Source: Oscillospiraceae bacterium (lineage in GTDB: Bacteria; Bacillota; Clostridia; Oscillospirales; CAG-272). From it: a DNA stretch of 64,000 bases. Below are positions 1 through 9,000 of the stretch, piece by piece (within the stretch, counting starts at the first letter, position 1; each line of letters opens with the position of its first letter). The notes below the pieces were generated by a model, which was not told the origin of the DNA, ran no database searches, and saw only the letters and a program-made list of their open reading frames with translations. Both the position numbers and the translations under genes were made by a program. The DNA is taken from the NCBI GenBank assembly GCA_015065365.1, contig SVQL01000001.1, positions 2,355-66,354 of the forward strand. The letters run 5' to 3'.

Positions 1-40
1 GATCCAATTTCAAGAGATTTTAAAAAACCAATATATATTT

Positions 41-1350
41 TTAATATATTACGATATCCGCTACTACGGGCATATGGTCGGAAAGGTATCTTCCGTTGAG
101 CTTGCTTTCATTGTTGAGAGTAGTAAAATATTCGGTATCGATTCTGTCGCTCGTTACAAAAATATGGTCGAAAATGTAATTTTGGCGTTTAGTTCCTTGC
201 GTTCCGTTGATTGTTCCGCCCAAGTCGCCCTTATTCTTTGCAACTGTTGCCGTTCTGTCGAAGCGATCAAGATTTTCAACGGATTTCAAGGTTTGACTCG
301 TGGGCACCGAGTTAAAGTCACCGACGAGAATAACGGGCAGCCCCTCGCATTTCTTTCCCTCAAGGAACTTATTAAGGTACTGTACCTGCTTGTATCTTCG
401 CCATCGTCGTTGGTCTCGCCTGCTGCGTTTCTGTACGTTACGTGAACGTTAACGAACATAAACTGCTTATGCGTAGCAAGGCTTTCGAGAACTACGTAAG
501 AAAATCCTCTGTAAGAATTAGACTCCTCAATCTTCGACTCAACGAACGGAGTGCTCGTCAAATATTGGAAACCGGAGGAGACCTTCTTGTATTTATCGGC
601 GTTCCAGAATATCATATTCGCCATACCGGTGCCCTTTAAAGCGATACCCTCGTAGCATTCGTAATTAGTCATTGCCGAGAGTATTTTTTCCTTATGCGTA
701 CTCATAGTTTCCTGCGTTCCGAAAACGTCAGGAGCCTGCTCCTTTATAAAGTTTGCAAGTGCCGTAATATCTCTCGGGAGTTCTCCGTTGTCGTCGTAAT
801 ACATATCGTAAAGCACGTTGTACGACATAACCTTAAGACTGTCCTTGGCAAACGCGACCTTTTCATTCTGTTCGACCTTAATTACGGTATCAGCACCTTC
901 GGTAGTAGCCTTAGCGAAAAATGCATCTATTACGCTGCAAAGTCCAACTTTATCCTTAGCCAGAATATATACGTTCTTTCCGTCATAGCCGATCATTCCC
1001 TCATCGCAGGACTCAAAGAACGAATAAATACTTGCGTCGCTACCCTTTTTGTCGATAAATATCTGGTATCCGTCGCCTGCGCTCTTAGTCGTCTCAAGCT
1101 CTATTTCATATATCTCATCCAATTTGATATTAAAATACTCAACGGCATACTCGCTTGCTTGTCCGCTGTAAACCAAGGTATAATCAGTCATCTTGATGCC
1201 GTTAAGCCTAAAGGTCGGCTCTCCCGACTGCGTCATCTGCGCTTCGGTATCGCTCGTTTGCGCGCCGTCTTGATTATTACAAGCAAACAACGAAGGCAAG
1301 AGCATAAGAAACGCCAACACTAAGCTTAAAAATCTAAATTTCCTTTTCAT
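41..1350 (-). pseudogene. EEP (endonuclease/exonuclease/phosphatase) family lipoprotein, interrupted by a -1 frame break
   Basis: Lipobox signal MKRKFRFLSLVLAFLMLLPSLFAC. EEP motifs VMSYNVL, FGTQET and VNVHVTY lie in ORF 286..1350. The remaining motifs GLPVILVGDFNS, FDHIFVT and LSDHMPVV continue only in the -1 frame (ORF 41..307 plus its upstream extension). Collinear with the intact paralogue 29539..30810. Confidence 0.6.
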
Positions 1351-1427
1351 TGAATTTCTCCCCTTTTGATTTAAAAACTATATGATAATCAGCCGCCGTT
1401 TTTCGTATGGCTGATGAATTTTCAATT

Positions 1428-2513
1428 TTATTCCTCGTAGCCGAATCTTTTAACAACGAAATTTTCCGCGCCCAATACGGGAAATACCTTCTCACCCCAC
1501 GGCTTATGCCAATAAAGCGAGCCGCGAAGTCTGTTTTCCGTGTCGCGTACTCCGTACTGAAGCTGGGAAATGGCAGGCTTAAAGCCCACTCCGCATTCAA
1601 AATTCAGTGTGCCCACGAAAACGTTGCACTTTCCTTTTTTGTTTCCGTAAAGCTCTACGTCGGTGGTAGACAAAATTACGGTATTATGCTGGGCTACTAT
1701 ATGATTTATGGTTGATACGTGAGAGCAATCGTGGAAGGTAATTCCTTCCTCACAGTTGTGGATATAAAGGTAATCCGCAACGACGTGCTCTCCCATAACG
1801 AAACCGTACTTAAAGCCCTGTACGGCTACGTTTCGCAAAACGTTATTGTCGTTTTGGTCCTGCGAGGTGATAAGTCCTGCAACGTGGCAGGGATTTTTCT
1901 GAAGCTCCTTACCGATAAAGGTATCTCCGATTTCTTCGTTCAGACAAAACTGAGAATCGCATATATTTATTCGAGATACGTTACCAAGGTTGACAGCTCC
2001 TTGCGTCGGATACATTTTTTCCTTGTCAAGCGCGACCGCAAACTCAAGATTATGTATAGAAAATGATCTCACGCTGAATTTTCCAGCGCAGGAATCTCCT
2101 ATCGGTGCGGACAGAATAGACCAAGGACGCGCCGTGGGGTCGTGCTCCTCGGGGGGATTCCAGTCGGAAAATATTCTCGTATTTGTACATTTTCTGCCAA
2201 ACGTAGTGGGAGAGTAATTTCCGTCGTCAGGTCTTACCTGATAGGGATACAGCATCGTGCAGGGCATTTCCCCCTCAAGTATGATGTTGTGTCTGCCTCG
2301 AGGTATGTACAGCTGAGAGCGCAACGGCTGCCCGTCAAGCTCCTCGATTCCCGGAGATGCTATCCTATATCCACCTTTTGTAAACGGGAATAAAAGCTTG
2401 CCGCCTCCACGCTTTGCAAGAAAATTTATTCCCTCCTGAATAGCGGCGGTATCGTCGGCAACACCGTCACCAACCGCTCCGAAATCTAACACCGAATAAC
2501 CGAATACAGACAT
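1428..2513 (-). CDS. Right-handed beta-helix protein, pectate-lyase-superfamily (Pectate_lyase_3-like) glycosidase/lyase
   Basis: The N-terminus SVLDFGAVGDGVADDTAAIQEGINFLAKRGGGKL matches the characteristic start of this superfamily. No signal peptide. Last-but-one gene of the locus-A operon. Confidence 0.5.
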   Translation of the reverse strand: MSVFGYSVLDFGAVGDGVADDTAAIQEGINFLAKRGGGKLLFPFTKGGYRIASPGIEELDGQPLRSQLYIPRGRHNIILEGEMPCTMLYPYQVRPDDGNYSPTTFGRKCTNTRIFSDWNPPEEHDPTARPWSILSAPIGDSCAGKFSVRSFSIHNLEFAVALDKEKMYPTQGAVNLGNVSRINICDSQFCLNEEIGDTFIGKELQKNPCHVAGLITSQDQNDNNVLRNVAVQGFKYGFVMGEHVVADYLYIHNCEEGITFHDCSHVSTINHIVAQHNTVILSTTDVELYGNKKGKCNVFVGTLNFECGVGFKPAISQLQYGVRDTENRLRGSLYWHKPWGEKVFPVLGAENFVVKRFGYEE

Positions 2514-2615
2514 AGCTCCTCCATTTTAGCCTTCATTTTAGGCTGTTAATAAACTTTGCCAAACAAAAATTTCAACCGTAATCGCCGTCTGCGTTTGGCA
2601 TTTTTAACGACGATA

Positions 2616-2648
2616 CTGCACAAGTCCATCAACGACGGACTTGTGCAG
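2616..2648 (-). terminator. Hairpin CTGCACAAGTCC(9 nt)GGACTTGTGCAG, 14 nt downstream of the SBP stop; weak U-tract
   Basis: 12-bp perfect stem read directly. Near-identical hairpin at 31005..31037. The trailing sequence is not U-rich, so it may be an intercistronic stabiliser rather than a full terminator. Confidence 0.35.
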
Positions 2649-2662
2649 CTGTATAATTTTAA

Positions 2663-4111
2663 TTAGTCTAATGCTTCGATAGAATTAAACAGATTTTCAA
2701 TCTTGTTTTCGGTAGGCGTCTTAACGCCGTTGTACAATCCGGATATATCCTTAGTAGTATTAATGCTTTCAAGCAAAATCTTAGTCTTAAGATTTATCTG
2801 GCTTCCGTATACAAGACCGAAATCGAACACAAGGCTATTGATAACGACGTCTACCATTTCAGCGCAAACCTCGTCGTAGCTGCTCTTTACCTTACAAACG
2901 GTGTTGTAGTAGGTAGTCAGCGTAGTGTCCGAGGACTTCCACGACAAAACCTCTACCATAAACGCGGAGAAGTCAGCGTCTGCCGCGCAGGTAGGAATAC
3001 CGAAGGTCGCGCCGTAGGTATTGTCGTTAGTCGTATAATAGCGTCCCTGCTCTACGTCGTACATAGGATAAGGCAAGGGCGTATAAGAGAACTGTGCGTT
3101 CTCGCCCAAGCTTTCAATGGACGACAGCGAGGAAGCGTAGAAGAACGCTCTGCCGTCAAGGAAGGTATCGTGCGGGTCGTCGTAAGTACCAAACTTATTT
3201 CCACAGAAGGAAAGATCCTCGCTAAAGAGCTTTCTGAGCTCGGCGATACTGTTCATGGAATGCTCGTTAGCAACCTCAACTGACCAATTTTCTTCCTCGT
3301 CGAACGCAACTATCTTATTGTTAAGTCCGCTCCAGAAGGAGATCGGGAATTCCTTACCTCCCGCGACGAGTCCCCAGCTGTCGTCAAGGTCCATCTTGCC
3401 ATCTCCGCCGGGATCGCTCTTCGTATAGATAAGCATCTGCTCTATGGTCCACTGCTTGTCGCGAACCATCTGAACGATATCGGGATGCTGATTTTCAGAA
3501 CCGAGATCTCGGTTGTAGTACAAGGTGTTGATTCTTGCCTTGTCAACGAGTGAGAAGTCACTTACCATGTGGAACAGTCTGCCGCCGACTCTCATCGTCT
3601 CAAGAGTATCGGAGTCGTACCACTCGTTTGAAAAGTCTATATACGATACTGCGTCAAGGTCGTTCATATATCCGCTGGTAATTGCTGTTCCCATATAGTT
3701 GCGCGCCAAGAACGCCAAATCGTAGTCGTAATCGTCAGCGAGTATAACGTTTTTAAGCGCCTCCAGACCGTCGGCATCCTCCGTGTGGCTATCATCAACC
3801 GTAATAGTTACGTTGTAATACTCCTCGATCCAGTTGTTTCTGTGGTAAACGGTATCTGACATTATATCTCCGCCGAGCTCGCCAACAAGCTCAAAATTAG
3901 GCTCGTAGGGGTTGTTCAGAGCGAGAATATTAAAGTTTCTTCCGCCCCAGTCGTAGTGAGGAACGGGATCGGTAGCCGCTTCTTCGACGAGTCCCTGGGT
4001 TTCCGTTTCCTCGGGCTCGTCAACCGTACACGAAACGAAGGTCGTAAGTAAAAGCAACAGTGCAAGAAGCAAGCTGCCTATCTTTAAAAGCTTACTTTTT
4101 AAATTAGTCAT
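2663..4111 (-). CDS. Extracellular solute-binding lipoprotein (sugar-type ABC SBP), orphan
   Basis: Lipobox LLLLLTTFVSC. ~480-aa architecture and motifs (VGGRLFHMVSDFSL...LYYNRDL) typical of Firmicute family-1 SBPs. Its start overlaps the upstream stop by 8 nt (ATGACTAA). No permease or ATPase genes anywhere in the locus. Confidence 0.55.
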   Translation of the reverse strand: MTNLKSKLLKIGSLLLALLLLLTTFVSCTVDEPEETETQGLVEEAATDPVPHYDWGGRNFNILALNNPYEPNFELVGELGGDIMSDTVYHRNNWIEEYYNVTITVDDSHTEDADGLEALKNVILADDYDYDLAFLARNYMGTAITSGYMNDLDAVSYIDFSNEWYDSDTLETMRVGGRLFHMVSDFSLVDKARINTLYYNRDLGSENQHPDIVQMVRDKQWTIEQMLIYTKSDPGGDGKMDLDDSWGLVAGGKEFPISFWSGLNNKIVAFDEEENWSVEVANEHSMNSIAELRKLFSEDLSFCGNKFGTYDDPHDTFLDGRAFFYASSLSSIESLGENAQFSYTPLPYPMYDVEQGRYYTTNDNTYGATFGIPTCAADADFSAFMVEVLSWKSSDTTLTTYYNTVCKVKSSYDEVCAEMVDVVINSLVFDFGLVYGSQINLKTKILLESINTTKDISGLYNGVKTPTENKIENLFNSIEALD

Positions 4112-5879
4112 CTTTTCTTCTCCTTGAGGTTAAACCAACGACGCCTATTGCAGAAGCCATAACCATAGCCGCGCCGCACAGTCCGATAGAGCTGCCGCAG
4201 CCGCCCTTAGGCGCCTCGGTCTCGGGAGCGGGAGCAGCCTCGGTGTCCTTATTATCCTCTACCAATACGGGAGGCTTGTTTTGGGGCTTGGAGGATCCGC
4301 CGTCATCATTTTCGTTCTCGTTGCCGTCGTCCTCGGGAATGTCCATAGGAGGAGCCGCTTCATTTTCAGCAGCTATGAGAGCAACACCCTTGTATACGTT
4401 AAGGTCACTTACGGTTACTTCGGTCACGAAATACGAATAGAAGTAAATTCCAAGATAATCTCTAAAGAATACGGAAGGATCTTCAACAGGGCTGTACTGC
4501 TCGATAAGAAGCCATCTGCCCTCGGAGTCCTTTACGTACAAAGCGATCGTGGTATTATCGCCGTTGATCTCCATAGCGTACTCCTGAACGGAAGGATAGT
4601 TCTCCGTTCCGCCGTCGTATCCGGGAACGTAATCGCTAGTAAGCGTAGAGTAATCAACGTGAGAGTATCCGCTTACCGCGTTACCGTTTCTCTGCGGTCT
4701 TCCCTTGTTAGCATAGAAGTATCCGCCGTAGACACCGTCGATGAGCAATCCAAGCGGAACGTTGCTCGTACGGGTCATAGTAAACTTAACGGTGTAAGAA
4801 TATCCTGCGCCGAGAGGAAGTCCCTCGATGTCTGCGCCCCAAGCGGCGTTTTTCTTTTCGGTAACGCCTTCCTCGCCCGTAGGTCTTTCAGTAACCCTAA
4901 TGGTTACCTTGCCTGCGTCCTCGGAATCAACGTTTGCGGTGATATTATCGCAAGGCCACTCCCAACCTGCGTTTGCAGCAGCGGCTGCGTTGCTGGGCTT
5001 GAAGCAATCGTCAGCTCCGCTGAAGTCAGCAGAGTAAAGAAGTCCGCCCTCTTCAACTCCGTCCCACAAAGCCGTTGAGATTTCGGGTTCTTCGCCTTCA
5101 CCCTCGCCTTCACCCTCGCCACCTGCGGGAGGAGTAACGGCAGCATTTTCATTAGCTACAACCGATATGCCCTTGTATACGCATACGTCGCTAACGGTTG
5201 CTTCAGTTACGTAATACGAATAGAAATATAATCCAAGACGGTCTCTGAAAAATTCGGGCGGATCCTCCTTGGGAGTACCATCGTCTATCTTGCTCCATTT
5301 GCCGTCCTCGCCCTTTACGTACAAAGCAAACGTCGTATCGTCACCGTTTATCTCAATAACGTACTCCTGCTCTGTCTTTTCGGTATAATTAACCCAGCTA
5401 TGTCCTGTCAATGCGCTACCGTTTCTTTGAATTCGAGCCTTGTGTGCGTAGAAATAACCGCCGTGAGTGCCGTCAAACAGCAATCCGATAGGTTTTGCGT
5501 TATCTGCGCAGGAAACCTTGAACTTAATCGTATAGGAATATCCCTCGCCAAGAGGAAGATCGTCTACGTCCGCGCCCCAAGCAGTATTGTTCTGCGGTGT
5601 AACCTTAAAAGTCACTTTGCCGGAGTCCTCAGGATCAACCGTTGCGGTTATATTATCGCAAGCCCAGTTGTAGCCTGCGTTTGCGGCAGCAGTTTCGTTG
5701 CTGGGCTTGTAGCAGTCACCAGCGCCGCTAAAGTCAGCCTCGTAGAGAAGCGCTCCGTCCGCAGCAGCAGCGTAAATATCGTTCGTAGCCACGTCTGCAA
5801 ACGTCGCGATTGCCATGAAGGGTACGGTCATCATCAAGACCAATACCAATGCCAAAATTTTTTTCATTGTATTTTTCAT
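4104..5879 (-). CDS. Secreted protein with two lectin-like repeats and a C-terminal GGCG-helix-RRRKDD anchor/sorting signal
   Basis: Signal peptide MKNTMKKILALVLVLMMTVPFMAIATFA. Two ~230-aa internal repeats (LLYEADFSGAGDCYKPSN... and LLYSADFSGADDCFKPSN...), each ending VSDxxVYKG, joined by a (GE)n linker. The tail is KGGCGSSIGLCGAAMVMASAIGVVGLTSRRRKDD. Confidence 0.75.
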   Translation of the reverse strand: MKNTMKKILALVLVLMMTVPFMAIATFADVATNDIYAAAADGALLYEADFSGAGDCYKPSNETAAANAGYNWACDNITATVDPEDSGKVTFKVTPQNNTAWGADVDDLPLGEGYSYTIKFKVSCADNAKPIGLLFDGTHGGYFYAHKARIQRNGSALTGHSWVNYTEKTEQEYVIEINGDDTTFALYVKGEDGKWSKIDDGTPKEDPPEFFRDRLGLYFYSYYVTEATVSDVCVYKGISVVANENAAVTPPAGGEGEGEGEGEEPEISTALWDGVEEGGLLYSADFSGADDCFKPSNAAAAANAGWEWPCDNITANVDSEDAGKVTIRVTERPTGEEGVTEKKNAAWGADIEGLPLGAGYSYTVKFTMTRTSNVPLGLLIDGVYGGYFYANKGRPQRNGNAVSGYSHVDYSTLTSDYVPGYDGGTENYPSVQEYAMEINGDNTTIALYVKDSEGRWLLIEQYSPVEDPSVFFRDYLGIYFYSYFVTEVTVSDLNVYKGVALIAAENEAAPPMDIPEDDGNENENDDGGSSKPQNKPPVLVEDNKDTEAAPAPETEAPKGGCGSSIGLCGAAMVMASAIGVVGLTSRRRKDD

Positions 5880-5921
5880 AAAAAGCCTCCTTGTTTTTTT
5901 GAAAAAAATTTTTAATGCTTT

Positions 5922-6047
5922 TTAGAATGGGTCTTCCGCCCAGTTATCGAGAGTGTCGCTTCCGAATATGACAGAAAATACCATGATGTCCTTCGTGTCA
6001 AGATTTACGACGCTGAGCTCGGGAACGACGTATTTTTTATTTTTCAT
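5922..6047 (-). CDS. Conserved 41-aa micro-protein (MKNKKYVVPELSVVNLDTKDIMVFSVIFGSDTLDNWAEDPF), unknown function
   Basis: ATG at 6047 with AGGAGG 9 nt upstream; TAA at 5922-5924. The paralogue at 32321..32449 has 33/41 identical residues, and half of the codon differences are synonymous. Too short for the supplied ORF track. Confidence 0.6.
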   Translation of the reverse strand: MKNKKYVVPELSVVNLDTKDIMVFSVIFGSDTLDNWAEDPF

Positions 6048-6065
6048 AATACTGTTCCTCCTTAA

Positions 6066-9000
6066 TTAGTAAACGAATTTTGCATAAACGGGCAGATGGT
6101 CGGAGGGATATCTCATTACTCCGTCAACCTCATCCACCTTGTTGTTGATTACGGTATACTCGAGAGCCTCAGCGTTTCTGTATATGACGTGGTCGAAGAC
6201 ATACTTATTACGAACTGTGTAATCGGTTCCGTCAAGCGTACCGCCGGTGTCACCTGCAATGAGCGCCTCGTCTCTTGCGAAGGAGAGTCCGCTGTCGGAG
6301 TATCCGTTGAGAACGACCTTACCTTTAGCCGAGCTAACGTCTGCATTCATGTCACCGGTAAGTATCTGCGTAGGATACTGTGCTGCCTTTTCCGCAAGCC
6401 ATGCAGCGAGAAGTCTCGACTGATATTCACGCAAGAGATGGTCGTCATCACACTCCGAATCAGAGGAGCTGGTACCGTCACCGTAATGGAGGTGAGTATT
6501 TACGAAGAGTATTACCTCGCCGGTCGTCTTGTCTTTGAGAACTGCGTAGCTAAAGGTTCTTCCGATGTCCTCGTCAGAGAACCAGCCCTCGGCATCTCCC
6601 TGAACGTCGATAGACATATCTGTGCCCTCGTAGCCCTCAATGGTATAGTCGTCAGCAAGATTCTTGAAGGAATCCCAACCGGAGCTCACAAGAGTGAACT
6701 TCTCAGTCTTGTAGTATATATCGTTGAATGCCCAGCCGTTGCCGAACTTGTTAGTATATTTGTTGTACTGTCTGTTGCCGGCAAGATTTGCATAGCCATT
6801 GTTCTTGAGAACAGCGAGATAATCGTTCCAATCCTCGGTGTCCTCCTGGATTCCGACAACGTCGGGGTTAGCATCAAGGATCGTCTGAACTGCGTTTGCG
6901 GGGTTTCTTCCCTCCCAAACGTCGTCTCCCTTATACTCAAGGTTGTAGGACAATACGTTAATATAGGATTGCTTCTCTTCATTTTCTCCGTCTGCAGGAG
7001 TGAAGAAGCCTGTAAGTGTCTTCAATTCGTCTGCATCGTAGGGGCTGTAAACGGTAGTGCCTGCAATAACTACGGAGTTATTGTACTTCTCGTTGCTCTC
7101 AGTGCTAACATCGCCGTATGCAGCTCTTGCAACCTCGTCGATAGATCTGGAGTTGCTCTCCAAATCGAAATCAGCGTATTTATAGATCTCTCCGTTTACT
7201 TCAATAAATGCTCTTGCGGAGAACTCGCGGTTGTAGTTGCCCGCCTTAACGTTAACGAGCGCGCAGTTGATGGTATAGGAAGCAGGGTCTTCGTCTTCGT
7301 GAATAGTCGTTGCGTCTATCCTTACGTACTTAGCACCCGTAATAGCACCGCATGCGTCCAGAGCCGCCATTTCAAAGTCTACACCGTTATTAGTAAGATA
7401 GTCGGTAGGAGTAATGATCATACCGAGCTTAACATTATCCTCGCCGTAGGTCTCTCTCAAGGAGTCGATCACGGGCTTTGAGAATTCACTCTTGAAGCGG
7501 ATACCCGTAGGAACGCTAAGACGAACGGATGCGCCGGATACGTTCAATACCTTTCCAAACTTAAGTCCCTTGTATATCTTTACGTCGGAAACCTCAGTCC
7601 AAGAATCCGCGTCAGAAGTGCCGCTCAATTTTCTTGTATAAATTCTGCATTTCAATGTATCTTTAAGCGCTGAACCCTCATAGGTCATCGCTCTTACCTT
7701 GTTGAACGAACCGTCGGCATCCATGACGTAAAGAGTCAACGTATTGTACTCGGGATCAACCTCAACAGCAAACGTATGCTTCTCAGCCTTAGCCACGTCG
7801 GTACTGTAATTCCATTTGTCTTCGCCCTCATCCGACTTTTCTACCTTTTGAGTATTCCATTCCCACAGAGAGTTACAACCGAAGCCGTCAATAACAAGCG
7901 TCTGATTGCCATCCACCTGAATACCGAGTCCGTACTTGTTATATGCTGTGTTTCCGAACTCCAGATCAAACACGAGGGTGTAATTGTTGTTCTTGTATAC
8001 GGGAGCTGCGCCTGCTTCAACCTCATCGGGATTCAGAACCTCTCTGAGAGGATATCCGCTGTCAAGTCCGCCCCATATAGCGCGGTTATATGCCTTGCCA
8101 TCAATAAGGGTAATTCTTGCAGAGCTTCCGTCCTCGGAAATAACAGCTTCTGCGCCATTATTATTACTGTCGTAGAATCCCTGATGCCAATTAAAGCGAT
8201 CAGCGAAGTTGACGGTATGCAATAGATCGCCCTCGTTTGCGTTTGCGTACTCAGCAGCTCTGTCTTCCTTAACGGATATAGGCAAGCCCTTGTATATCTG
8301 CACGTTAGAAACATAAGTCCAAACGTCGCTGCCAGTCGTGTAGCTGCGCGTGTAAATTCTGCAACTCAATTCAGTGCCAAAGGACAATTCTTCGTATCTG
8401 GCAACCTCGTTAAACGTGCCGTCAAGGTCTACGATATAGAGGCTCATTACTCCGTTTTCAGGATCGACCTCAACCGCGAACTTCTGAGTTCCTTCCTTAG
8501 GACTCCACAAACCGTCGTAGTCCCACTGCTCGGTGGGATATTTTTCTGCGTCTGAACTACTGAGCTCGGTATTCCAATCCCACAGCTTAGTGTTTCCGTT
8601 TCCGTCAACGGTAATAGTGTAGCTTCCGTCCACCTGAATACCAACCAGCGTTTTACCTCCGGTCGTGCTTCCGAAATCCGCATCGAATATAACCGTATAT
8701 TTTCTGTAATTGCCGTATACGTCTATCGTTGCGCTGGGATCATCAGGATCCTCTGCCGTACCTACAACCTCCATAAGGGGATACGCACTCTTCAATCCGC
8801 CCCACATAGCGCGCTTCGAGCTTGAGCCCAATACGGCAAGTCTTGCGGAGCTTCCGTCCTTGGAAACGACTACGTCCGCGCCTCTGTTGGAGTCAGTTGC
8901 AAAATAACCGAGCCACTCAAGCGAGTTGAAATCGACGGTATTCAGAAGATCGCCAACCTCTGCGTTATCATACTCAGCAGCTCTGTCTACCGTTCCCGTT

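Noticed and set aside
6096-7481. 461-aa plus-strand ORF (also 694..1323, 4281..5078, 41219..42178, 42599..43213 and 51452..52003)
   Set aside because: All are antisense shadows of long, motif-rich minus-strand genes, and none has recognisable domains.
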